64,000 nucleotides of DNA from Octopus sinensis (taxonomy: Eukaryota): the NCBI RefSeq assembly GCF_006345805.1, contig NC_043003.1, positions 81,096,001-81,160,000 on the forward strand, read 5' to 3'. The notes under the pieces were generated by a model. It made no database searches. It was not told the DNA's origin and saw only the letters and a program-made list of their open reading frames with translations. Shown one piece after another: positions 27,958 to 39,092 of this stretch. Position numbers and translations under genes: made by a program. The stretch's first letter is position 1; every line of letters begins with the position of its first letter.

Positions 27958-28272
27958 TATATATAGTCATGTATATAAATGTATGTAGATGTTTATATAT
28001 ATATATACGTGTGTGTGTTTGTGCTTATGTGTGTATGCGAATATGGTTATGCCCTCATTGTATTAGCTCTACATTAAAAAAATAGCTGTTTGATTTGTAA
28101 TATGTAAAATGTATTTTCTATATATATATACCTTCTGTAGCAATTACCTTTAGCTTTCCTTAAAATATTAACCACTAGACTCAATTTGTATCAGACCGGT
28201 ATTGCCGGTGGCACAGAGATTATAGCCAATATTGTTTTTTTTTACTGCTGCTTTTTCTGTGTGAGTGAGTGC

Positions 28273-28309
<37 letters not shown>

Positions 28310-28551
28310 GATATATGTATGTATGCATGCGTGTATCTGTGCTTGTTTGTGTATGTGTATTATGAATATATGTGTATTAGAGTAGTTTATTTTATGTATA
28401 ATTATTATGAATTAGGTGATTATTACGTAACTCGCTATTAGATCTCAGTGATAATGATATTGAAAATCTATGAAATAAACATTTCGATGATGAGATCTCG
28501 ATTTCGATCTGGGTTTGAAAATCATATCTATTAATTGCTCTATGTATCTAC

Positions 28552-28582
<31 letters not shown>

Positions 28583-30402
28583 TGTATCTATATATATATC
28601 GATCTATCTTTATTTCTTTATTTCATTCTTTCTTTCTATTTACCTATCTATTTGTCTCTCTGTCCGTGTGTTTAAATGGTCTATTTCTCTCTGTCTGTCC
28701 GCCATTCGGTCTATCTAAATATGACTTTCTCTCGGTATGTATACATATAAATGTGTGAACATTTGAAATACCAAAAGAGAGAAAAAAAGAAAGAAAAGAA
28801 AACAATCAAAGGAAAAATGCCCGATGTGACCACGAAAATCCAAGTAAAATAAATTTTAACGTGACCTCTAAAGTAATCACATTCTTCTGTTGACCTCCTC
28901 TGACCTGAGAGTACATGCTTTGACCATACTCGCCTCTCTTAGGCACCTTGTAACATATTTGCTTGGAAGCAACATTTACCACTTTGACGTCGTTTTGCTT
29001 TATGAGCAAAACCTGAAGAGAATAAGGGTTTAGCCTAGGAGGAAAGTGTCTGCCTTTAGGTTTTTAAGTAACGCTTATGATATATTAAGTTTTGCTATGC
29101 TCATCAAAAGAATTATAAATGCCTCTACACAAAAGACTCAGCTGATAAGGGGATCCATGTTATTCGTTTAAGTTTTCAGGCCACTTCACAAGTCAGCAAT
29201 GCCCGGTTAGCAGAAGACTGTGTCCAGTACTCTTTAGCAGCGCTTCGGATATCTGGAACTAGTTTGGATGATGGCATTTCCATACTTGCAGCATTTATTC
29301 TGAGCTGTTCCTGTTACATCACCAGACAAGGTATTTTGAAGCTTCAAGTAGGAAATCCTTTGGAACAGATCAGCCATTTGACTTTTATCAATAAGCAGAG
29401 TTTCTTTGAGAACAATGTAATTTTTATCCACTACTGATATTCTATAAAACATGAACATAGAACTTCCATTACTTCATTGTTCGACATGTGAAAAGTTGTG
29501 AGCTATTGATGTCATTCTTTATGCTAAGTGATCTACATCGGTCTTCGATTGAGCCAGTACCGAAGCGCTGTCAAAGAGACGAGCTACCGTATAACGCGCC
29601 AGACAAACGACATTTTTCATTCTTGCTTGCCATAGCTGTGGTGACAATGGCAGCTCTTTTCTTGCCATCATACACTACTTTGTCTGCTGTTATTTATGTT
29701 TACCTTATTATCGCTAGCAACAGTACTCCAGTTGTTGATGGTGCTACTGTTTCTCTCATGTTGTTATCACTAATGCTATTTTAGTTGATGCTGTTGGTTA
29801 TTTTGTTTTCTACATCCGTGGTGCGGGCAAGGTGTGACAATTTGTTGCTATTAGTCTCTTTGTGTCTATTTGTATAGTCGCCGATTTTATTGCTGTTGTT
29901 GTTGTCGTCGCTGCATATTTGTTACTGCCCCCCCCCACTCCGGTTAGGGCATTGGGTAAAAAAGAAATCCTCTTTCATGGCTAGCTAAACGGGAAGGTAT
30001 TCAGAAGTTGGTTCCACCTTCCTCTCCAATTCAGCCCAACCGCTTTACGCTCCAGTTGGCTGGCTGTTAAAAACACTGCCATTTAAAGTAATGTTTTTCG
30101 AAAACAAAAATTTACAGGTTATGTCCGAATTTTTTTTTTAGCCTCTAAGCGAGTAAGAGACAAAGGAGTCAATCACCTCACCTGGTTTCTGGCTAGATTA
30201 ACAATAGGTAAATGACAGTTATTAACAATACAAATGTCTTTCGATATAGAATATATTGACATACACTTGCACAGCAATTGTGTCTCTCTTATTACTACAA
30301 TAACCAGCACCAGTACCAACGACAATAATAATTATTAATTTTAGAGCAATAATGGTGGTGGTCGTCGTAGTGGTGGCGGCGGCGGCGGTGATGGTGGTGG
30401 TG

Positions 30403-30435
<33 letters not shown>

Positions 30436-30456
30436 GTGATGATGTTGACTTATAAC

Positions 30457-30650
30457 ATTGACACAGGAACACATTTGGGTGGGGTGGGGGCTAAAGACGT
30501 GGATGGGAGTAATCGAATTAAACGACCCCGAAAGATCTCTATTATTTAATTTATCGATCTCTGGTTAGGATGAAAAGGAATGCGAACACCGGTGGGATTT
30601 CAACGCCGAATATTAAAAGGGACGTACGGGAATACTACACGGCAATATTA
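30457..30650 (-). mobile_element. SINE family C-like, strongly degraded
   Basis: GTAATCGAATTAAACGACCCCG...TTAATTTATCGATCTC...GGATGAAAAGG resembles the reverse-complemented family C body. Confidence 0.5.
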
Positions 30651-30783
30651 GATCACTTGAGACAGGTAAAAGATTGAACTAGATTGATTGAACGTAGCAG
30701 CAAATGGCGACTGCATTATAGTAAATCAGAACCACACACACACACACACACACACACATGCACACACACACACCTACTCAAGA

Positions 30784-30868
<85 letters not shown>

Positions 30869-31520
30869 CATATATATATATTATATATATATATAACATT
30901 TTCTATCACAGAGATTTATACATATACATGTAATCTTTCTCTAACCCAGTAAGTTTTTCTTTCTCTTCCTTCTTTGTTTCTCTCCATTTCAGCATTAGTT
31001 GTCTCTGATATTTCACGTGTTCTTTCTTCTTTTTAGCTTCCTTTTATTTCTCTTTTATCTTTATTTATTGATTGATGTTTCAAAATTATTTGTCTTTTCT
31101 TAGCATCTTTCAGTGCATTATGCAGCTTGCTAACTTGCTAGCATAATAGTGTATTGGTTAAATTTATGTTCGTATCCTTTCTAACAACGCTGCACTCACT
31201 CCATACGATCTATTCAAACCTTAAGAACCGCCGCGTATACACGACGTATCGTTTCATACAGCAGGAGTACAAGTATATTTAACACGACTTGGACAAGCGT
31301 TAGCACGAGTGTTGAGTTGGGTATTTAATTTGCGAGAAATAGCAGACAAGTTCCGTTGGGTCTAACGTTATCACTTTTTGAAAATCATAAGAACGTTTTG
31401 GACAATGTAGTTTTGGATTTTATAAGACAAGATGGTCACGGCTGAAATGCTTTTGTAACATGGAGTTAGTCAATTAAGTCTGAAGTGAATATAAAACGGC
31501 AAAATTCCATGAAGCTAACA

Positions 31521-31621
31521 CAGGGCAAGTGTCTTCTACTATAGCCTCGGGCTGACCACAGCCTTGTGAGAATTGGTAGACGAGAATTGAAAGAAGCCCA
31601 TATACACACACACACATACAT

Positions 31622-31674
<53 letters not shown>

Positions 31675-31690
31675 CACACACACATACATA

Positions 31691-31726
<36 letters not shown>

Positions 31727-31975
31727 TGTATGTATGTATGTACCTATGTATGTAGCATTGCATCTGTGATTTTCTCCCAACGCTGCTTGACAACCTTTAT
31801 CGGTGTGTTTATATCCCCGTAATACTGCGGTTTGGCAAAAAACCGATAGAATAAGTACTAGACTTTAAAAAAAAATTCCTAGGATTGATTTGGTCGATTA
31901 AAAAATCCCTTCAAGACGGTGCTCTAGCATGGCCACAATCAAGTGTCTGAAACAAGTTAGAAGATAAAAGAAAAT
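31521..31975 (+). mobile_element. SINE family A, 5'-truncated, with internal microsatellite
   Basis: GGGCAAGTGTCTTCTACTATAGCCTCGGG...TGCTTGACAACC...CCGATAGAATAAGTACT...GCATGGCCACAATC...GAAACAAG. Confidence 0.8.
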
Positions 31976-32066
31976 ACAAAAGGTAGTATCGATTTAGAAA
32001 CGAAGACAGCTTTGGATTACATGCGTTCCTTGTATTGCGTCTGAATTCCCTGGATGGTTACGGCTA

Positions 32067-32093
32067 GTGGCTGTGTGGTAAGTAGCTTGCATA
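32067..32093 (+). mobile_element. 5' head of a family A SINE, split off by the RTE insertion
   Basis: GTGGCTGTGTGGTAAGTAGCTTGCATA; the SINE continues at 33366. Confidence 0.85.
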
Positions 32094-32141
32094 ATAATAA
32101 TAATAATGTTCGTCCTTCGGTTCGAAGATGACCAACTGACA

Positions 32142-32762
32142 TCATCTGATGGAACTGCCGCCATGAGACCGGAGGTGGCTGGTGAGGCCAATCCGGGCAA
32201 GGAAGCCCCTCCCACAGGTGGGGCAGAAGTGGGTAGGGGCAGTGCTACTGGTGCAGGCGGCTCTGACTTTACGCATCTGACGTTTCTGCTCCGCTGACCG
32301 AATCCGTCCCTCCTCGGCTGTCCCTGCTCCCACGGTGATTGCGCTGCGCCAGGATGAGCGGTTGGCAGCAAGTGTCTCCCAGGTCTCTGTTCCGATGGAG
32401 AAGTCTTTGAGAGAGACCTTGAGACTATCCTTGTAGCGCTTTTTCTGCCCTCCGACTTTGCGCCTGCCCTGGCCGAGTTCACCGTAGAAGAGCTGTTTTG
32501 GGATGCGAGTGTCGGACATGCGGGAGACATGGCCCGCCCATCTCAGCTGGGCCACCAGGGCAGTTCGTCTCTCTGGTCTGTCCGCTTTGGTGTTGTCAAG
32601 CAGAGTTCTCACGTTCCAAGTTGCGAAAGTGAGCACCTTTGTTTGTTTTCTTCTTTCTTTGTTTCGACCGCTTGGAAAGGATCCCCGCCAGCCGCGGTTT
32701 GCTGACCAGGGTGAGGTGAGGCAGGCTATGTTTAGGGCAACCTTTTCTAGCCCCGTCCTCAT
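32142..32762 (-). pseudogene. Fused RTE ORF remnant (endonuclease N-terminus plus C-terminal C2H2 zinc-finger region; RT domain absent)
   Basis: 206-aa uninterrupted ORF; junction at about 32550 (ALVA|QLRWAGH). Confidence 0.85.
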
Positions 32763-33281
32763 GCTGGGGAGGCGAGCAGAGCGATCCTGAAGAGGGCTGC
32801 TCGGTCACTCAGGAGGCTGCCGACTCCACTGCTGCCTCAGTTCAGTGAGGGGCGACCACATGTCCTGAGCCGCCTGTGTGTGGGTTCACGACTGCAGCTC
32901 CCAGTGTATCCTCACCTGCTACTTCGCCGTTTCCCCATCGCCACAGGACTTTGGGATGGTGTCATGGCGTCATGATGTCGTGACATGCGCGTGACTTGGA
33001 TTATAGTGAGGGTGACTTGCGCAGGATCAGCCTCACTCTCTCGTCCTGGTGCGCCGGATCCAGTGGCAAGACAAAGTCAAGACGACTGGGGGTAGACCAA
33101 GATGCAGGAGAGCTGCCGGAAGGTGGCACGCATGGCGCAATCCAACCGCCTTAGGGGTCCACTCCGGATTTTGGATGGCCATTGACTCATGAGAGAGTTC
33201 CTCTGCCCTTTGACAGGTTTTGTTTTTAGTCCTGCTGGGTGTCCAAATCACCCTCCTCACCAAGAAATCTTGGTGGGGTTG

Positions 33282-33337
33282 CCAGTTTAGTCGCCAACGA
33301 CCCGACCATGTAACAGGTTGTACTGGGTTACATGTTA
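33282..33337 (-). ncRNA. Candidate degenerate HDV-like ribozyme fold at the RTE 5' end
   Basis: Manual fit: P2 CCAGT/ACTGG, P1.1 CC/GG, P4 TCG-TTGG-CGA, J4/2 CTAA, P1 TAACATG/CATGGTC (5 of 7 pairs). P3/L3 are non-canonical. Confidence 0.4.
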
Positions 33338-33365
33338 CCAGTAGCTCCAAGCGGAGACCTGACAC

Positions 33366-33780
33366 AGTAGCTTGCATACCAACCACATGGTTCCAGGTTC
33401 AATCCCACTGCGTGGGACCTAGGGCAAGTGTCTTCTACTATAGCCTTGGGCCGACCAAGGCCTTGTGAGTGGATTTGGTAGACGGAAACTGAAAGAAACC
33501 CGTTGCATGTATATATATATATATATATATATATCTATATATATACATATATATGTATGTGTGTGTGTGTGTGTGTGTGTGTGCATGTATGTGTATATGT
33601 TTGTGTGTCTGTGTTTATGTCCCCGTCACTTAGCGGTTCGGAAAAAAGAGAGCGATAGAATAAGTACTAGGCTTACAAAGACTAAGTCCTGGGGTCGATT
33701 TGCTCGACTAAAGGCTGTTGCTCCAGCATGGCCACAGTCAAATCAATGAAACAAGTAAAAGATTAAAATAGTAAAAATAG
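33366..33780 (+). mobile_element. SINE family A, remainder after the RTE insertion
   Basis: AGTAGCTTGCATACCAACCACATGGTTCCAGGTTCAATCCC...GCATGGCCACAGTC...GAAACAAGTAAAAG. Confidence 0.9.
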
Positions 33781-34310
33781 TGTATATGTCTGGCCAGTCA
33801 GAACTGAGACAACAACTATGTACTCAGCAATACTAATTTTCTATCTTGCTTCCTTTTCATTTCATCTCTTACTTCATCGTATTTTCTTCCTTATACCACA
33901 CATCCTTCCTTCCTTCCATTCCACTGATACCTCCCCCTCCTTTACACTAACTATCTTTCAATAATATCTCTCACATGACGGATCCTCTTACTGATCATTG
34001 AACCTGATAGTATTCGTCTCCAACATTAGATAATGTAGTTTTAGATAAGTCATAAACAGGTGGAATGGACACGGCTAGAACGCCTTTTATCATAGATCTT
34101 ATTCATCGCTGATGACCTGGGGTTAAATAATAACAATAACTCAGTTTTCTTTCACGCATGACCGATAGGTTTCTAACAGGTCCTTATACGTTTCTCTTCG
34201 TTCGTCTTCGCATTCCTTTACGCTTTTCTAAATAATTATTTTTTCTGTATCTGTTCTCGTCTTTTCTTTTAACATTTTCTATCTGTTTATTTATTTATTT
34301 ACTACATATA

Positions 34311-34717
34311 GGCGCAGGAATGGCTGTGTGGTAAGTAGCTTGTTTACCAACCACATGGTTTCGGGTTCAGTCCCACTGCGTGACACCTTGGGCAAGTGTC
34401 TTCTACTATGGCCTCGGGCCGACCAAAGCCTTGTGAGTGGATTTGGTAGACGGAAACTGAAAGAAGCCCGTTGTACATATGTATATATATATGTATGCGT
34501 GTGTGTGTGTGTGTGTCTGTGTTTGTCCCCCTAGCATTGCTTGACAACCGATGCTGGTGTGTTTATGTCCCCGTTACTTAGCGGTTCGGCAAAAGAGACC
34601 GACAGTACTGGGCTTACAAAAGAATAAGTCCCGGGGTCGAGTTGCTCGATTAAAGGCGGTGCACCAGCATGGCCGCAGTCAAATGACTGAAACAAGTAAA
34701 AGAGAAAAGAGAAAGAG
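34311..34717 (+). mobile_element. SINE family A, full length, young
   Basis: GGCGCAGGAATGGCTGTGTGG (A box), GGTTCAGTCCC (B box), CORE-like CCTTGGGCAAGTGTCTT, internal (TA)/(TG), 3' hairpin CAGTC-AAAT-GACTG and a short AAAAGAG tail. Confidence 0.95.
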
Positions 34718-35061
34718 ATATCTTTTTTCTTTTTTCGTATGAGAATGGTTATTCACTAATTTCGCTTATGTTCTTTCAAAAATATGCCACTTGATGTCGC
34801 TTGTATTTCTTATTATTTGTTCTGATTGGAAAAATAAACTTTCGGACACTTAACTTCCATTTTTTATTGGCTTAAGTCACTAGGCTGCTGGAAGAGTGAT
34901 CAAAAGTACTGAACGACAATACCAGCCACTTATTTCAGACTGGAAATTGTTATGTCAATCACTACCGGTAAGTGAAATATTTGACAGAAAGAGACTGAAG
35001 ATGACACACCGATCTCGACCTATATACATGAACTTAAACAAACACACACACACACACACAC

Positions 35062-35108
<47 letters not shown>

Positions 35109-35310
35109 GCACACACGCACGCACGTACGCACACACAAACAAACAAGCAAACAAATACATACATACGCGTACCTTCATGAGCATGCTTCTGTATATACAT
35201 ACTTATTTCATCGGGTCAGTTAATAGACTTTTGTTCTGATAGATTCTTTCTGATCTGTGTGTGAGTGTGTGTGCATATATATATATATATTATATATATA
35301 TATATATATA

Positions 35311-35673
35311 TTGGTTGGCATCCTTTTTGTCTCGGGAGACAATGAGGTTGCGCATAAAGTAGTCTAGTCCGGCTTTTACGTTTCATGTCCTGATACATTT
35401 CCTGCTGTGGCTGTGTAGTCCTATCCTGGACGAACACTCCCTCTGGCAGGTACCGCAAATGTAGCGAAGACTGTTCCTGGCTGGTTGTAATGCCATAGTT
35501 TCTTGTTGACGTCTTTTCTTGTCTTTCCATTTCTCCTCTCTCTCTCTCTCTGTATTCCCTTTCTTACGGTACGTCGCCAGTCTCTACGGTTGCCGGCAAC
35601 TGCCTCCCAACCGCTAATATTGATGTTGCAGGCCTTCATGTCCCTTTTGCAAACATCCTTGTAACGTAAGAAC
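35311..35673 (-). mobile_element. RTE-clade LINE 3' fragment
   Basis: Minus frame LRYKDVCKRDMKACNINISGWEAVAGNRRDWRRTVRKG, then a frameshifted CGTCQRECSSRIGLHSH zinc-finger-like motif; 3' end ...TGTCTCCCGAGACA...GGATGCCAAC. Confidence 0.8.
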
Positions 35674-35677
35674 GTAT

Positions 35678-35711
<34 letters not shown>

Positions 35712-35884
35712 GGGAGTATTACATATATACCAATATACGTGTACACGAATTACTCATACACCTAAATATATGTATATATGAGATATACATATATGCGTGA
35801 TATATGTATGCGTGTATTTATGTACGTATGTATGTACTTATATATGAAATAGGTGCTGGTATAGATGTGTAATATGATGTTTGT

Positions 35885-36253
35885 TTCTCAACCATGTGAT
35901 TCTGCGTTCAGTCCCACTGCATGACAGCTCGGTCCAAAGACTTCTACTAAAGCAGTGGGCTGAGCAAAGCCATGTGAGTGATTTACTAGATGTAATCTGA
36001 TTTGGTAGACGGAAACTGAAAGAAGCTGTGTTTTTGCGTGTGTGTGAGAATTTGTGCATGTCTCACCCACCATCTCCCGCTTAGCATTGGTTTTTCTTTA
36101 TGACCACGTAGCCTAGCGTTTCGACGAATAATAATACCATATTGTGTAAATACTAGAACTAAAACATAATTACTTGGGTTGCTGTATCGACTAAACATTT
36201 TGAGGTCTTGATCCAGTATGGCCGTAGTCCAATGCTTGAAACAATGAAAAGAT
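35885..36253 (+). mobile_element. SINE family A, old diverged copy
   Basis: GCGTTCAGTCCCACTGC...GATTTGGTAGACGGAAACTGAAAGAAG...CCAGTATGGCCGTAGTCC...GAAACAA. Confidence 0.75.
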
Positions 36254-36261
36254 ATATATAT

Positions 36262-36657
36262 ACTCTTTTTTACTATTTTACTTGTTTCAGTCATTTTTGA
36301 CTGCGGCCATGCTGGAGCACCGCCTTTAGTCGAGCAACTCGACCCCGGGACTTATTCTTTGTAAGCCCAGTACTTATTCTATCGGTCTCTTTTGCCGAAC
36401 CGTTAAGTGACGGGGACGTAAACACAGCAGCATCGGTTGTCAAGCAATGCTAGGGGGACAAACACACACACATACATATATATATACACATATACGACAG
36501 GCTTCTTTCAGTTTCCGTCTACCAAATCCACTCACAAGGCTTTGGTCGGCCCGAGGCTATAGCAGAAGACACTTGCCCAAGATGCCACGCAGTGGGACTG
36601 AACCCGGAATCATGTGGTTTGTTAGCAAGCTTCTTACCACTCAGCCACTCCTGCGCC
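36262..36657 (-). mobile_element. SINE family A, full length, young
   Basis: Reverse complement colinear with 34311-34717 (about 90% by eye over the 5' 165 nt). Confidence 0.95.
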
Positions 36658-36990
36658 TATATGCATATATTTTATTTGAAGCTATGAATTATATACAATG
36701 ACTAGCATGAGATATAGCGGGAGTCTATAATTGGAGAGTCAAGAGAAAGAAATCGAAAGTGAGAGATAGCTTTCAGAGTGACAATTAAAACGGATAGTGA
36801 AAAAGGTAGGTAGATGGATGTAAGCAAAATTAGAAAGACAGATATCACAAAGAATAGAATAGAAATTTAGACGAATAGAGGAATCTATAGAGAGAAAATG
36901 TTAGAAAGAATGTGATAAGGCAGAAGATAGATAGAGAAAACCTTAGGAAAGTAGGTGGAAAAATATAAAGATAGAGTGATGGAAAGATGC

Positions 36991-37051
<61 letters not shown>

Positions 37052-37063
37052 TATGGATAGATG

Positions 37064-37119
<56 letters not shown>

Positions 37120-37151
37120 TATGGATATATGGATAGATAGGTAGATAGATA
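36991..37151. repeat. (GATA)n array, left of the Tx1 insertion
   Basis: Direct tandem units. Confidence 0.95.
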
Positions 37152-38096
37152 TGTTTCTTTATTAGCCACACAGGGCTGCACACAGATAGAACAAATTACA
37201 AGGTAGAGCTTTTCTTTTGAAGGTTTAAAAAAAAAAAAAAAAAAAAAAAAAAGGGGAAAGGGGAGTTTCGATCAAAAGGGATCGTAAAAGGAGAGAAAGA
37301 GGACAAAAAAAAGGGGGGGTTAAAAAAAAAAAGGGGGGGGGGAGAGGGGAAAAAAAAAAAAAATTGATCAATAGGGATCGTTATCACAGAAATGTCAATA
37401 TGAAGTGTAAAGGGGAGGACAGGTGAGGTTTACCCGTGGAAAGAAAAGCCTACGGAAAAGACCACGGTAACCTCGGTCAATGAAGTCACATTTTATATTT
37501 CTTTTTTTTTTTTTTTTTTTTGCAAATAAGCAACTCTCTGTTTTCGATTTCTGGGTTCATAGGACTATGCTCAAGGTGGCTTCGTCATTCATACGTGCCA
37601 TTCTTGCTACATTCACCCATTTTTTTAAAACATTCGCTAGACAAAACTTGCCTCTCTACTCTCACTTTCCTTTTCAAGTGGTACTTGAAGAAGTTGATGA
37701 GAGATTGACCAGAGAGGAAAGTGTTTGTCTCCAATCCTTTCAGACGCGTCCACCAGATACATTCTTTCGCCATAGCCACAAGGATGATGAAAATAGCTCT
37801 TCCTTCCCGTTTGAAGGAAGGAGGCGTGACAATATTGACGATAGACTCAGCTGATAAACCGACTCGTCCCACACGTGACAGCAGTTGTTCGACATAAGCC
37901 CACAGGTCGGAAATTGTTGGACACTGAACGAGTGCGTGCAGAACGGTTTCGTCGCTCTGACCGCATCTCGGGCAGGTCGGCCCCGTGTTTCTCGAGCCGT
38001 GTCTGTAGAGCTTATCCCGAACGGGTAGCGCTTCTCGGTAGCACTGCCAGGCCAGGGATCTCTGGAAGTTGTCCATGGGCCCTGGCCCGAAAGTCG
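37152..38096 (-). mobile_element. 5'-truncated L1/Tx1-clade LINE (ORF2 C-terminus plus 3' UTR) with an 18-bp TSD
   Basis: zf-RVT-like CPRCGQSDETVLHALVQCP followed by AKECIWWTR; 3' end CTAATAAAGAAACA; TSD TAGATAGGTAGATAGATA at 37134-37151 and 38097-38114. Confidence 0.9.
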
Positions 38097-38104
38097 TAGA
38101 TAGG

Positions 38105-38135
<31 letters not shown>

Positions 38136-38221
38136 GTAAGTAGATAGATAGATAGTTAAATAGATATATGGATAGATGGATAGATAGATAGATAGATAGA
38201 TAGATGGATAGACAGATAGAT
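38097..38221. repeat. (GATA)n array, right of the Tx1 insertion
   Basis: Direct tandem units. Confidence 0.95.
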
Positions 38222-39023
38222 TGTGTGTGTTTGTGTGTGTGAGAGAGACACACAGACCAAAAAATAGGGGGCGAAAGAGAGATAGAGAAGTGGTTACACG
38301 ATAAGGAAAGAAGCGAATGATAGCTGAATTGTATATGTGTGTGTTTGGGTTACAATAAATAACATAAGTGACTGCATTGAAAATTATCATCCTCCATTGT
38401 CTACGTATATAGACAACGTAGATAATGTAGCCGTTACTAGAAAAAAAATGTGTTTAAAGACGTCCCATCAGCGACCATTAGCTCTTCAATTTTTCAGACA
38501 CAGCCCATTTGTCCAGCATGATATTTCTTTTTAAAGGCAATAGGCAGTGATTTGAAGAATTTAGTTGCAATTTCTAATTGATCGAACAATCTCGTAGAGC
38601 GACCCCTGTTGTTTTGTCTATGTACACAGTGTTATTCTAGTAGCAATAAATATTCTAGTATGCATTTAGACTATTTGTTCCTTTCTATAAACATACAGTA
38701 AGATGCTTGTTGAAGTGGTTTTATGATAACAGCCACTCTAACCTAGATGGCTGAACTGATTTCCGGCGTTCCGTTAGCTCGTTATGTTCATTGATATCGT
38801 TCACTGCTTTTATGCTATTTTTCTCACAACAGGTGAGAATGACTGTGGCTTCTTGCCATATTTCTATGACAAATTATTATTTATCGACACATATCCACAC
38901 CTCTCAATTCACATAATTGTATAACTAACTACATACACGTGTTTGTGTCACATCTTTTCTCTCCCTTATCAATTCCCGTGCATACCTACATACGTACATA
39001 CAGATGTTTTTGTTATTTCAATA

Positions 39024-39092
39024 TTTTTCTTGTTTCAGTCATTAGAATATGGCCACACTGGAGCGCCTCCTTGAATGCTTTTAGTTGATTAT
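39024..39092 (-). mobile_element. SINE family A, 3' end fragment
   Basis: CTTGTTTCAGTCATT...TGGCCACACTGGAGCGCCTCCTTGAA. Confidence 0.6.

Larger units (their letters stand above)
32094..33365 (-). mobile_element. Internally deleted (bipartite) RTE-clade LINE with a 13-bp TSD
   Basis: GC-rich 5' UTR at 32763-33365; ORF fusing the APE start (TFATWNVRTLLD...RPERRTALVA) to the RTE C-terminus (QLRWAGHVSRM...GGQKKRYKDSLK...CPTCGRGFLARIGLTSHLRSH); 3' hairpin CTTCG-AAC-CGAAG and a (TTA)n tail; TSD AGTAGCTTGCATA at 32081-32093 and 33366-33378. Confidence 0.93.

Noticed and set aside
37224-37365. G-runs suggesting a G-quadruplex in the Tx1 3' UTR
   Set aside because: The runs are on the antisense strand of the element and lie in a homopolymer-rich, probably error-prone stretch.
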